Of a DNA stretch of 64,000 nucleotides, positions 51,705 to 61,295 are shown piece by piece. Every line of letters begins with the position of its first letter. Position 1 is the first letter of the stretch. The DNA comes from Candidatus Latescibacterota bacterium (GTDB lineage Bacteria > Latescibacterota > UBA2968 > GCA-2709665), in NCBI GenBank assembly GCA_965248435.1, contig OZ252100.1, forward strand, positions 1,248,001 through 1,312,000. Direction: 5' to 3'. The translations under genes and the position numbers were made by a program. The notes beneath the pieces were generated by a model. The model searched no databases. It was not told the DNA's origin and worked only from the letters and a program-made list of their open reading frames with translations.

Positions 51705-51752
51705 TTCCAGGTGAATGAGACTCTGTTACTCAGGCCTCACCCGACAATCGCT

Positions 51753-52607
51753 TTACTGTTGCAGATCCGCGCCCAGAACCGACGCCTTGAATTTTCTGAG
51801 CTCCTCCCCTTTGATCTTGAACCGGTGCTTTTCACCAGGAAACCGACCGACCTTTACGTCTGCAACGAACTCTGAAAAAGCGTTTTCCATGACCGAGGAC
51901 AATTCCGCATACTGTTTCACGAAGCTGAATCGGGCGTCAGTCGCGCCAAGCAGGTCGAGGTTCACCAGTACTTGACCGTCGCAGTTTCTCCCGGCACCGA
52001 TACCGATCGTCGGAATCCTCAGACTGTCCGTGATAATTTCCGAGACGCGCTCGGGCACACACTCCAACACGACGGCGATCACGCCCGCGTCCTCCAAACT
52101 CCGGGCATCCTGAAACACGGCGTGTGCCTCATCCGCACGGTCGCCGACCACCGCCCGTCCGCTCATCCTGGTTTGTGGGGTGTGACCGACGTGCCCGATC
52201 ACATCGATTCCGTCAGCCACGATACCGGACACGCTTTCTATAATTTCCCGACCCCGCTCCAGCTTGACGACCTCTGCCCCTGCATCCCCCAAACGCGCCG
52301 CATTCTCCACCGCCTGAGCAGGCGTCTCATAAGAACCGTAGGGCAAATCTGCGACCAACAGTGCCTTTTGCACGCCTCGGTGAACCGCGTTTGTATGGTG
52401 AATCATATCCTCCATCGTGACTTGCTGAGGACTCCGATATCCCAGGACGTTTACACCGACCGAATCCCCCACGAAGATGACGTCCACGTCAGCTGCTTCC
52501 TGACAGCGGGCAGTGGGGTAATCGTAACAGGTGAGCATCGTGATAGCCTCGCCCCGTTGTTTCATGTCTATCAAGCTTCCTGGCTTGACGCGAGAACCCA
52601 TTCGCAT
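51753..52607 (-). CDS. panB: 3-methyl-2-oxobutanoate hydroxymethyltransferase
   Basis: MLTCYD, VGDS, VKLE, GHVG.TPQ, PTIGIGAG..CDGQVLV. Confidence 0.94.
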   Translation of the reverse strand: MRMGSRVKPGSLIDMKQRGEAITMLTCYDYPTARCQEAADVDVIFVGDSVGVNVLGYRSPQQVTMEDMIHHTNAVHRGVQKALLVADLPYGSYETPAQAVENAARLGDAGAEVVKLERGREIIESVSGIVADGIDVIGHVGHTPQTRMSGRAVVGDRADEAHAVFQDARSLEDAGVIAVVLECVPERVSEIITDSLRIPTIGIGAGRNCDGQVLVNLDLLGATDARFSFVKQYAELSSVMENAFSEFVADVKVGRFPGEKHRFKIKGEELRKFKASVLGADLQQ

Positions 52608-52648
52608 CCTCCGACGGGAACCCTATCCTGTGACGCTTCCGCAACGGA

Positions 52649-53287
52649 CTACCCCTGACCGGAGGCAGGCCTGTAATACCGCGTCCCCGCGGGCGGTGAA
52701 GAAATCTGTTGTAGCAGATCGTTCAAATCGTCCGGCTTGTCAAAATTGACCTGCGAGACGTTTACGACCAGGAGAGGCGTTTCCGAATAATGGAAAAAGT
52801 AGTGCGTGTAGGCTTCCGCTAGACGAGCGAAATACTCCTCGGTGACCAGCCGTTCATAATCCGCCCCTTGCCTCTGAATGTTCCCCATCACACGCTCGAT
52901 CGAATCCTGAAGATAGATCACCAGATCCGGCTTCGGGATCTCTTCCCGTAGGGTCTGAGAAAGACGGTCGTATAGAGACAACTCCGCGTCGTTCAGGGCG
53001 ACGTGGGCATAAATCCCGTCTCGTGCAAAGAGGTAGTTGCTGACCACCACGGATTGAAAGAGGTCCATCTGGTGAAGGTCCTGCTGTTGTCTGTACCGAT
53101 TCAACAGGAAGAAGACCTGTGCCTGAAAGCGATAATGTTCAGGGTCTTCATAGAATAGGGGCAGGAAGGGATTTTCTTCAGCGATCTCTAGCACCAGACG
53201 GGCGTTTAGCCGATCGCCTAGGATACGGGCAAGATAAGCCTTTCCCACACCAGGAACGCCCTCAATGGCGATATACCTAGCGGCCAC
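52649..53287 (-). CDS. Deoxynucleoside kinase
   Basis: IAIEGVPGVGK, ENPFL..FY, PDLVIYL; typical folK-dnk-panB context. Confidence 0.88.
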   Translation of the reverse strand: MAARYIAIEGVPGVGKAYLARILGDRLNARLVLEIAEENPFLPLFYEDPEHYRFQAQVFFLLNRYRQQQDLHQMDLFQSVVVSNYLFARDGIYAHVALNDAELSLYDRLSQTLREEIPKPDLVIYLQDSIERVMGNIQRQGADYERLVTEEYFARLAEAYTHYFFHYSETPLLVVNVSQVNFDKPDDLNDLLQQISSPPAGTRYYRPASGQG

Positions 53288-53813
53288 CAGCAGGTTCCTT
53301 GTTCGATTCCGGTGTCCATAGCGAACAAGCCTCAACGCGACGGATCTCCGAGTCTACGATGACGGCCTCGGCGAGTGAGCGAAAGCTCTTCCCGGTAAGT
53401 GGATCTAGGCCTTCGGGACTCAAGTCACAAAGGGGTAAGAGAACGAAAGCGCGGAGGTGGAGTTGCGGATGTGGAACGGTAAGGCCCCGCTCCTGGACCG
53501 TGCGATGGCCGTAGAGCAACAGATCCAGGTCGATGATCCGTGGACCCCACCGCCGGCGGCGAACCCTGCCCAAAGTTCGTTCTACCTCGAGCAGGATCTG
53601 GAGTAGATCCCTTGGAGAAACGCCGGTCTCCAATTCGATCGCCGCGTTCAGGTAGTCTGGCTGGTCGACATAGCCTACGGGGGCCGATTCATAAACCCTG
53701 GACGCACCCACGACGCGAACTTCCGGTCTTGCTTCGACCGCGACCACCGCAGAACGTAAGTTCGCTTCACGGTCACCTACATTCGCTCCGAGACCGACAT
53801 AGATCTTCTCCAC
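53277..53813 (-). CDS. folK: 2-amino-4-hydroxy-6-hydroxymethyldihydropteridine diphosphokinase
   Basis: GLGANVGD, QPDYLNA, RWGPRIIDLDLL, PHP..H.RAFVL. Confidence 0.94.
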   Translation of the reverse strand: MEKIYVGLGANVGDREANLRSAVVAVEARPEVRVVGASRVYESAPVGYVDQPDYLNAAIELETGVSPRDLLQILLEVERTLGRVRRRRWGPRIIDLDLLLYGHRTVQERGLTVPHPQLHLRAFVLLPLCDLSPEGLDPLTGKSFRSLAEAVIVDSEIRRVEACSLWTPESNKEPAGGR

Positions 53814-54172
53814 TAAATGCCTCTTCGAACTTCCACTTCGATCCCATCAAAGTGGCCTAATACAGGGGGGTGGGGTTTACGCACCCTCACGAGGAGTCGT
53901 TCGAATCCGTGTCGTGTCTGCAGGACTGTTGCGATCCGGTCGGCCAACGCCTCCACAAGACCGAATCGCTCTCGGGTAACCACCTCCTCGACCATTGCAT
54001 AGACGTCTGGATAGTTAATGGCCTCTTGCTTTGCCTCGGCCGAATAGCCTCGAAAATCTCCAAAAATCTCCACATCCACTTCGAACCTCTGTCCCAGCCT
54101 TTCCTCTTCGGGGAGAAGCCCATGATATGCATAGAAGGCCATATTTTTCAGTCTTAGAACGTCGTCAGCCAC
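53813..54172 (-). CDS. folB: Dihydroneopterin aldolase
   Basis: FYAYHG..PEE..LGQRF, INY, LVE.LA, RKP.PP. Confidence 0.9.
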   Translation of the reverse strand: MADDVLRLKNMAFYAYHGLLPEEERLGQRFEVDVEIFGDFRGYSAEAKQEAINYPDVYAMVEEVVTRERFGLVEALADRIATVLQTRHGFERLLVRVRKPHPPVLGHFDGIEVEVRRGI

Positions 54173-54314
54173 GGAGAGATCCGCCTATCGAATTAAAGTC
54201 GTGAATGCCCCGCCCACCCATTCCGGTCAAAGGACTTGACAGAATCCAAAACTAGATCTTATCCTAGAACGCCGAATTGGCGGACCGGATGTGGGACGAA
54301 TCGGTCGGACCTAG

Positions 54315-55388
54315 TCATGCGGGAGCGGCCACCGGGCGAAAGGGAAGGGCTGCAACTTCGGCTTGCGCCCCACCATCGAGAAAGAGGACCTTTCCAGGCG
54401 CCTCAAAACCTCTACGCACAGATGCCAGCGCGATAGTCCGGTTCAGGGCTCGTGATTTCACGCAGCTCGTAATTCTGCCGATCTCTTTCTCGCCCTCTAG
54501 AATTGCCGTTCCCGAACGTGGAATTGCATCGCCATCGATGACCAGGCCCACGAGATATCTTCTTGGCTTTCCCAGGCGATGCATTTTGGCAATGGCTTCC
54601 TGGCCGATAAAGCATCCCTTTTCAAAATCCACGGCTCGGTCCAAGCCGGCTTCAAGAGGGATCACCTGCTCGTCTACATCGATTCCGTAGCGCGGGACGC
54701 CTGACTCGATGCGGACGATCTCCAGGGCCTCGAACCCGACCGGTTGAGCGCCCGCGTCATGCAGGGCCGTCCAGAGGCGCACAGCAACGCCGAGTTCGAC
54801 CCATAAGCTGAATCCCGCTCCATCTAAGGGGCTGCCGACAGTAAGCTCCACTTCGGTAGCACCGTAAGAACCTAAAACTCTTCGGCCCTGTGGAAGACCT
54901 GAATTCGGAATCTGGAGGCATTCACGGATCAGCGCCCGGGCTTTGGGACCGCGCACACCGATCAAGGCGGAATCTGTTGTAACATCTTTGATAACAACGT
55001 CATCAGCGATAAGATAGCGATCCAGGCTGGCGGCCACCTTTTCCTGAAGCCCGGGTTCGGTCTCCAGTAGAAAGGCCTCCCCTCGATTATGAACCCAGAG
55101 ATCGGCCAGCGTATTTCCTCGGGCATCGGTCAGGGCAGCATACCTGCTTTCCCCGTCCTCGAGCCCTTCGACCCGGTTCGTCACCATACCGTGCAGGAAT
55201 CGCGCCCGATCCGCTCCGGTCACCCGGAGCTTGCCCCGAGCGCTCAGGTCAAACAGAGCGACCCCGTTTCGAAGAGCGCCATATTCAGACGCGACGTCGC
55301 CGTAGTGTGCGGGTACCTTCCACCCCCCGACCTCGGTGAATTCGGCACCCGCAGAATCGTGAATAGGTTGAAGCACGGACTCACGCAT
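54315..55388 (-). CDS. Folate-binding aminomethyltransferase (GcvT/YgfZ family)
   Basis: FDLSARG, GADRARFLHG, RIESG.P, KGCFIGQE. Confidence 0.88.
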   Translation of the reverse strand: MRESVLQPIHDSAGAEFTEVGGWKVPAHYGDVASEYGALRNGVALFDLSARGKLRVTGADRARFLHGMVTNRVEGLEDGESRYAALTDARGNTLADLWVHNRGEAFLLETEPGLQEKVAASLDRYLIADDVVIKDVTTDSALIGVRGPKARALIRECLQIPNSGLPQGRRVLGSYGATEVELTVGSPLDGAGFSLWVELGVAVRLWTALHDAGAQPVGFEALEIVRIESGVPRYGIDVDEQVIPLEAGLDRAVDFEKGCFIGQEAIAKMHRLGKPRRYLVGLVIDGDAIPRSGTAILEGEKEIGRITSCVKSRALNRTIALASVRRGFEAPGKVLFLDGGAQAEVAALPFRPVAAPA

Positions 55389-55523
55389 ATACCATCTCCT
55401 CGATGTCTGAATATTATCCCGATCGCTGCCTAAAGTCAAGCAGATCCGGGTTGTTAGGTCGACTATGTCACTGCCTCGATACGGCTATCGAGTTCAACTC
55501 ATTCTTCTCGGAGGTCAGACTTC

Positions 55524-56492
55524 ATGAAAGCCATTGTTTGCGCTCAAACCGGAGGACCGGAGGTGCTTCGCTATCAGGATGTGCCGAATCCTGAGGTCGC
55601 CGAACGCCAGGCCATCGTCAAGGTCGATGCAATAGGCCTCAACTATATCGATACGTATCACCGAACAGGCCTCTATCCCCTGGACCTGCCGTTTGTTCCT
55701 GGACTGGAAGCGGCCGGCGTTATCGAGGCGCTGGGTCCCAACGCGCAGGATTTCAAGGTAGGCGACCGGGTAGCATACAGCGGTATCCCGTCCTCCTATG
55801 CCGAATACGTGGCTGCCCCGGAAGACAGGCTGATCAAGCTTCCGGATGGGGTTGACACCCGGACCGGTGCGGCCGCAATGCTGCAAGGCATGACTTCACA
55901 CTACCTCGCTCACGGGACGTACCCCCTTAAGAAGGGGGATACCGCCCTGATTCACGCAGCCGCAGGGGGTGTTGGACTCCTCCTCGTCCAAATGGCCAAG
56001 ATGTGCGGGGCTCGCGTTTTAGGTACCGTTTCCACCGAAGAAAAAGCGAGGCTCGCCGGGGATGCAGGGGCAGACGACATCATTCGCTACACTGAACAGG
56101 ACTTCGAGGCCGAGGTCAAAAGACTGACAGACGGGCAAGGGGTGAACGTGGTCTACGACTCGGTCGGCAAGACCACCTTCGATAAGAGCCTCAACTGTCT
56201 CCGCCCTCGGGGTACCCTCGTCCTTTTTGGCCAATCGAGTGGCCCTGTACCGCCATTCGACCTGATCAAGCTGAGTCAAAATGGCTCACTCTTCATCACC
56301 CGCCCAACGATGTTCGACTACACCGCCACCCGGGAAGAGTTGGTCGAACGTGCGGGAGCACTGCTGGACTGGATCCAGACCGATAGGCTAAAGATTCGGA
56401 TCGATAGAACCCTGGCGCTCTCCGATGCCGCAGAGGCCCACCGTCTGCTCCAAGGCAGGCAGACGACGGGAAAGGTGCTGCTGATCCCCTGA
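55524..56492 (+). CDS. qor: NADPH:quinone oxidoreductase (zeta-crystallin family)
   Basis: GGPEVL, GLNYIDTY.RTGLY, HAAAGGVG, VYDSVGK, TTGKVLL. Confidence 0.92.
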   Translation: MKAIVCAQTGGPEVLRYQDVPNPEVAERQAIVKVDAIGLNYIDTYHRTGLYPLDLPFVPGLEAAGVIEALGPNAQDFKVGDRVAYSGIPSSYAEYVAAPEDRLIKLPDGVDTRTGAAAMLQGMTSHYLAHGTYPLKKGDTALIHAAAGGVGLLLVQMAKMCGARVLGTVSTEEKARLAGDAGADDIIRYTEQDFEAEVKRLTDGQGVNVVYDSVGKTTFDKSLNCLRPRGTLVLFGQSSGPVPPFDLIKLSQNGSLFITRPTMFDYTATREELVERAGALLDWIQTDRLKIRIDRTLALSDAAEAHRLLQGRQTTGKVLLIP

Positions 56493-56526
56493 GAAAACAG
56501 CGGTGGGAACCCAACAAGAAGGTCAA

Positions 56527-56563
56527 GGCCGGACACCTCCTGGGGTCCGGCCGCTTTCTTTTC
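56527..56563 (+). terminator. Intrinsic terminator after qor
   Basis: GGCCGGAC / GTCCGGCC stem followed by a T-rich tail. Confidence 0.7.
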
Positions 56564-56659
56564 TGTCCACAATCAAGCCAGGATTGCAAATGTAACCTAC
56601 TGATAAATAAAATCTTAGTTCCGATACGGCACAAAATTTGAAAGGGTCAAAAAAAATGC

Positions 56660-56687
56660 TAAAGATTGCTCAACACGCGGCCGATAG
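56660..56687 (+). promoter_or_regulatory. Putative sigma28 (FliA/SigD) promoter
   Basis: TAAA-N16-GCCGATAG. Confidence 0.5.
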
Positions 56688-57075
56688 GTAAGGATAGGGG
56701 CTAAAACGCCTACGCTCCTCTACACCCGAAGAACCGAACTTGGTCATTCCTTTTCTAAAGAACAGTCGTTCTCAACGCTGCAGTTTACCAACGTGGACTG
56801 CGTTGCTGTCTCCAATCTTTCACATTTAAGATAGAGGAGGTGAGACCAGGAGTTCGCAGTAGTCGAAGTCTCATAGGTTTGGTCATCTGGCCGTCGAAGT
56901 ATTAAGCTCGCGTTCTAGGAACGCACTGGAAGGCGGTCCGGCGGAAAATGCCAAAGCGGTCTGGACATCGAAGGGGAACGATGTCCTGGTTGAATCACCG
57001 CCTGGCTCACAGGATTGATCTTGTCCACTTCCGTGCGAGGTCGAACGCAGTGATAACGTTTGGTAGGGTTGTGTC

Positions 57076-57759
57076 ATGCCTGTATTCATTTCGAGGTTTT
57101 CACCGGAAAGATCCATCGTAGGAAACCCATCGGCAGCCTCTCGGTCAGGTTCAAACGAGAGCTCGTCGGGTGCGGGTCAAGCTGGAGACGCTGTTCCGCG
57201 TGCGGATAGCGCCATCCGCAGAGCGAATCAGTCGGCGAATCAAGCCGCCACCCCCGCAAGACTTCAGGCCTTCTTGACGAGCCTGAGGCCTTTTCAGGTG
57301 CCTCCCCCGGAGCCCTCGCGGGAACCTGAGGATAACGCGCCACCCCCTTCACAAGGTCCTCCTGCGAGCGGCTCGGCCGAAACTGCCGATAGTGAGCCAG
57401 CATCCGAATCGTCAGATGCCGCCCGGGCTGAACCCACCCCACGGGAAACACAGCAGGATACCCTTCGGCAAGATGTGAGGACGATTGGGCAGGGTCTTCG
57501 GAGCGATGCAGACGTCCAGGCCCGTTTGAACGCGAATCAGGCTGCGCACGATGCGGACCGTGCCGTCAGGCAGAACGATAGCAGTGCGACCAGGCAAATC
57601 AGATCTGAAATTCGCTCCCTGGAAGCCGACCGAAGGAAGCTTCAATCGGAAGCTCAGAAAACAGATCAGGCCATCCGCAAGCTGCGGAATCGCGACAGTA
57701 GGCCGCCACCCAGTGCCAATTTGAACCAGACGATATTGCTCGATATCCTTGCTGAGTGA
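57076..57759 (+). CDS. Low-complexity coiled-coil hypothetical protein (FlxA-like C-terminus)
   Basis: Ser/Pro/Ala-rich N-terminus, coiled coil RQIRSEIRSLEADRRKLQSE, terminal LLDILA. Confidence 0.55.
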   Translation: MPVFISRFSPERSIVGNPSAASRSGSNESSSGAGQAGDAVPRADSAIRRANQSANQAATPARLQAFLTSLRPFQVPPPEPSREPEDNAPPPSQGPPASGSAETADSEPASESSDAARAEPTPRETQQDTLRQDVRTIGQGLRSDADVQARLNANQAAHDADRAVRQNDSSATRQIRSEIRSLEADRRKLQSEAQKTDQAIRKLRNRDSRPPPSANLNQTILLDILAE

Positions 57760-57922
57760 CTTCGCGTGCCCTGGACCGTGCTTCTGTAGATCGCTCAAAT
57801 GAAGCACGTCGTGGCGAAATGATGGAAGGGATCGGCCAGCCCCTTCAGGGTCCGATGGGGACAGAGGCCCGATGCACACCTAAAATGATCTAACCGGTTG
57901 TATTTTTTTACTTAAGGGGGGG

Positions 57923-57951
57923 TTGACTTTCCTTCGGGCTTTGCCGATACT
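57923..57951 (+). promoter_or_regulatory. Putative sigma70 promoter upstream of the sigma factor gene
   Basis: TTGACT-N17-GATACT. Confidence 0.45.
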
Positions 57952-58148
57952 ATTCAGCAACCCTCGGGGATAGAGATGTCCTTCTTGATCGGCTTGAGCC
58001 TCAGGATTTCGTCACCTTTCCTGACGCAATTTCTCTTGACAACCCTGATTCTAGATTTTATATCACCCCACCTCGAAGTTGGCAAAAAAGCGGAATTCAT
58101 AAGACAATGGTATTCAACAGCCCAAACCGGATTGTCTGAGGCGAAGCC

Positions 58149-59012
58149 GTGGCGAGAGCGAAAACAATTGCTGCCGACGACGTAAAGGATGCGCTTCATC
58201 GCTATTTGGAAGACGTAGCCACATCCAAACCCCTCTCGGCGGCAGAGGAAGTCGCCTTCGCTCAGCGAATCAAGAAGGGCGACCTCAAGGCACGTTCAAA
58301 ACTCGTGGAGGCCAATCTCAGGTTCGTCATCACGGTCGCCCGAGAGTACCAAAACCAGGGTGTTCCACTCGTCGATCTTATAAGTGCCGGAAATATCGGT
58401 CTGATTACAGCGGCTGAACGCTTCGATGAAACCAAAGGATTCAAATTTATCTCCTATGCCGTGTGGTGGATCAGGCAGTCTATCCTCCAAACCCTGGCGG
58501 AGCATTCACGTGTTGTACGCCTTCCGCTGAACAGGGTGGACCTCTTACGCCGAATCTCACGATACACGAACAGCAAGCAGCAGGAGACGTCGGTTCGGCC
58601 GGCTGAGGAAGAGATCGCTGCAGAACTCGGTATCTCTGTGCAGCAGGTTGTCGATACCCTCACGAGTGGTCAGCGTATCCTGTCACTAGATGCTGCCTTC
58701 GGTGAAGACGAAGAGAACAGTCTGCTGGAGATCATGCCGGATGATGGCCAGGAATCTCCTGATTCCATGCTGATGAAGAACTCGCTCGAGCATGAAATCC
58801 ACGCCGCCCTGAGCACCCTTGAAGACAGAGAGAGAAAGGTGATAAAACTTTACTTTGGACTCGGGGGTGCGCCCGAAATGACGCTGGAAGAAATAGGCGT
58901 TCAGTTTAGGCTCACGAGAGAACGCGTTCGGCAGATTAAGGAGAAGGCGCTTCGTAAGCTTAGACATCCGACACGGGGAAGGAAACTGATTCCTTATTCA
59001 GACGAAGTGTAG
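58149..59012 (+). CDS. RNA polymerase sigma factor, RpoD/SigA family (lacks region 1.1)
   Basis: ANLRFVI, DLISAGNIGL, KFISYAVWWIRQSI, TLEEIG...TRERVRQIKEKAL. Confidence 0.93.
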   Translation: MARAKTIAADDVKDALHRYLEDVATSKPLSAAEEVAFAQRIKKGDLKARSKLVEANLRFVITVAREYQNQGVPLVDLISAGNIGLITAAERFDETKGFKFISYAVWWIRQSILQTLAEHSRVVRLPLNRVDLLRRISRYTNSKQQETSVRPAEEEIAAELGISVQQVVDTLTSGQRILSLDAAFGEDEENSLLEIMPDDGQESPDSMLMKNSLEHEIHAALSTLEDRERKVIKLYFGLGGAPEMTLEEIGVQFRLTRERVRQIKEKALRKLRHPTRGRKLIPYSDEV

Positions 59013-59030
59013 TCAAAAGGACATCGGACG

Positions 59031-59072
59031 AACAAAGGGGTGAGCGCGCGTCGCGCTCACCCCTTTGTTTTT
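59031..59072. terminator. Bidirectional intrinsic terminator
   Basis: AACAAAGGGGTGAGCGCG / CGCGCTCACCCCTTTGTT between convergent genes. Confidence 0.85.
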
Positions 59073-59086
59073 GGTTCTTTGGGACT

Positions 59087-59899
59087 TTATTTCAAATATA
59101 TGGCCCGCAACTCTTCGCGCGATGCCCAAATAAGCGGCACAAGAAGATCTTCCTCCACCGACCCATCGTGACTGCCTAAATTTGGATCCCCCTGCTCTTC
59201 GTGCACGCCGTGATCGGCCAGTAGTATAACTGCATTTTTAGCCTCTGCAAACGCCCTGAGCAGCCCATCCAGACTTCGGTCCATCCTGGCTGCCACCTCC
59301 TTGACCTGCACCGAGTAGGGACCCCACTTGTGGGCGGCCTCATCGATGTCGATGAGGTGTACAAAAGCAAGGTTGGGTTTAACCCTACGGAGCACGTTCG
59401 GCACTTGCGCGTAAAGTTGGGCATCTTCATTGCCTTCCGCGATGATCAAATCATCTACAAACTGACTCAGGGGCAGGTCTCCCACACCCTCTCGATGCGC
59501 TGCAAGCATCGTCCTGCGTCCGGCCCTCCTCGCCGTCCCGAAGAGGGTCTCGATTTTTCCGGACTCTACCACCTCCACCGCTTCTTTCAGATCAGTCACG
59601 CCGTGCGACCTTGGAGACATGCCGGTAAGGATCGACGAAATACAGACGTAGGTCAAAGCTGGGCGAACGGAGAAAATCTCCTCGCAGTGCAGCCCCGCCA
59701 AGCGGTTCACCGTCGGAACAACGCCTTCCAAGGAACCCCAAAGCGATGATCCGAACCCGTCCAAAATGACCAGGCCTATTTTTTCGGCGGATGGAAGTGT
59801 ATCCAGGACTTCGGCAATCGGAGCACCTTCCGCCCCCGAGGGTACGGGTATGCCCAGGATCTCGGCAACCGTTGGAGCAATAGAACGGAGGTCAGTCAC
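59087..59899 (-). CDS. Alkaline phosphatase superfamily (NPP/phosphodiesterase-like) protein
   Basis: ILDG, PALT, LTG..P..HGV, D.AAH.WGP, LADHG, GSH; GTG start overlaps the murD stop. Confidence 0.8.
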   Translation of the reverse strand: MTDLRSIAPTVAEILGIPVPSGAEGAPIAEVLDTLPSAEKIGLVILDGFGSSLWGSLEGVVPTVNRLAGLHCEEIFSVRPALTYVCISSILTGMSPRSHGVTDLKEAVEVVESGKIETLFGTARRAGRRTMLAAHREGVGDLPLSQFVDDLIIAEGNEDAQLYAQVPNVLRRVKPNLAFVHLIDIDEAAHKWGPYSVQVKEVAARMDRSLDGLLRAFAEAKNAVILLADHGVHEEQGDPNLGSHDGSVEEDLLVPLIWASREELRAIYLK

Positions 59900-61295
59900 G
59901 CGGGAGGACCTCCTGGTTCTCGCTTTCAACCATCGATAGGACCAGGCGCTTGAACAAAAGACCCCTCTCCTCGAAGTTTCGAAACATGTCGTAGCTTGCT
60001 GAAGCAGGTGAAAGCAGGACGGTTGATCCGGGAACGGAGAGGTCAGCAGCAAACGAAACGGCATCTTCGAGGGAGCGCTTTTGGTGGATGCGCGTTGGCG
60101 CCTCCTTTGGAACTGATGCGGCGATCGCTCCGGCCGTTTGACCGATCAAGATCAAGTCAGACACCTTCCTGGCAATCACCCTCCCCAACAGGTCGAAAAC
60201 GAGCCCTTTGTCGTAGCCGCCGGCGATGAGGATCACAGGTTCGGAAACGGCCTCCAGGCCAACGAGAGCGCGCTCCTGAGTCGTCGAAATGGAATCGTTG
60301 AGGTAGGATACGCCGTTAAGCTCGGCAACCATTTCCAGGCGATGCGCCACTCCTCTAAAGCTGCGTATCGACTCGAAAATATCCTCTTCAGGAATCCCCC
60401 GAGATACAGCAGCACACGCGGCCGCGAGTGCGTTCGCCAGGTTGTGCCGACCCGGCACCTGCAGCTCGCTAACAGGACAGATCTCCCGCTCCGAACCTTT
60501 GAGCGTATGCCTGATCTCCCCATTGCTCAAATATACTCCGCGTTCCAATCTCTTCTCCAGGCTGAACGAACTGCCCATAGCATCGGACGCTTCACCCCAT
60601 TCACTCACTACCGGGTCGTCCGCGTTCAGGACGTATCGATCTTCCGTCCCCTGGTAAACCACAATCTTCCGTTTTGCACCGAGGTAAGCCTCCAGGGACC
60701 CGTGCGCATCCAGATGATTAGGAGCAAAGTTCGTGACCACGGCGATCTGAGGGCTCCACTCCAGGTCTCCCAGGCGGTCGAGCTGAAAACTGGAGAGCTC
60801 CAGTACGACAGGTGTATCTGCAGTGATCCGTTCCACTCGATCAAGCAGTGACCCCCCGATGTTTCCACCCACGAGCGTACGGGCGTCCCTTCGGCGCATC
60901 ATGGCACCGATGAGCGAGGTCGTTGTCGTCTTTCCGCTTGTTCCTGTCACACCTACGATAGGTGCGGGACACCGCTCCACAAAAAGACATATCTCCGTCG
61001 TAATCGGAACGCCCGCGTGTTCCGCGATCTTGAGAAAGGGCGAAGTCCGGGGCACTCCGGGGTTCGCGACAACAAGGTCAGTGTTCCGAAAATCCTCTTC
61101 GTCGTGGCCGCCGAGCTTGTAGCGTACCGCACACCCCGACAACAGCTCCAACGCGTCGGCCAGCTCAGCAGAAGACCGAAGATCCGTAACGGTTACGCGC
61201 GCTCCCTCCCGAAGGAGATACTGGACGGCGCCTGCACCCCCTCCAAACAGTCCGAGGCCCATCACCAGAACGCGCCGCCCTTTTACGGCTGACAT
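59892..61295 (-). CDS. murD: UDP-N-acetylmuramoyl-L-alanine--D-glutamate ligase
   Basis: GVTGTSGKTTTT, GGNIG, ELSSFQL, NHLD.H, HRLE, NDS..T, LLSPASASYDMF.NFEERG. Confidence 0.95.
   Translation of the reverse strand: MSAVKGRRVLVMGLGLFGGGAGAVQYLLREGARVTVTDLRSSAELADALELLSGCAVRYKLGGHDEEDFRNTDLVVANPGVPRTSPFLKIAEHAGVPITTEICLFVERCPAPIVGVTGTSGKTTTTSLIGAMMRRRDARTLVGGNIGGSLLDRVERITADTPVVLELSSFQLDRLGDLEWSPQIAVVTNFAPNHLDAHGSLEAYLGAKRKIVVYQGTEDRYVLNADDPVVSEWGEASDAMGSSFSLEKRLERGVYLSNGEIRHTLKGSEREICPVSELQVPGRHNLANALAAACAAVSRGIPEEDIFESIRSFRGVAHRLEMVAELNGVSYLNDSISTTQERALVGLEAVSEPVILIAGGYDKGLVFDLLGRVIARKVSDLILIGQTAGAIAASVPKEAPTRIHQKRSLEDAVSFAADLSVPGSTVLLSPASASYDMFRNFEERGLLFKRLVLSMVESENQEVLPRD

Noticed and set aside
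56625-56670. c-di-GMP-I riboswitch or sigma54 promoter (GGCACAAAATTTGAAAG)
   Set aside because: Lacks the P2 stem and GCAAA element of the riboswitch; the -12 element is TTGA rather than TTGC.
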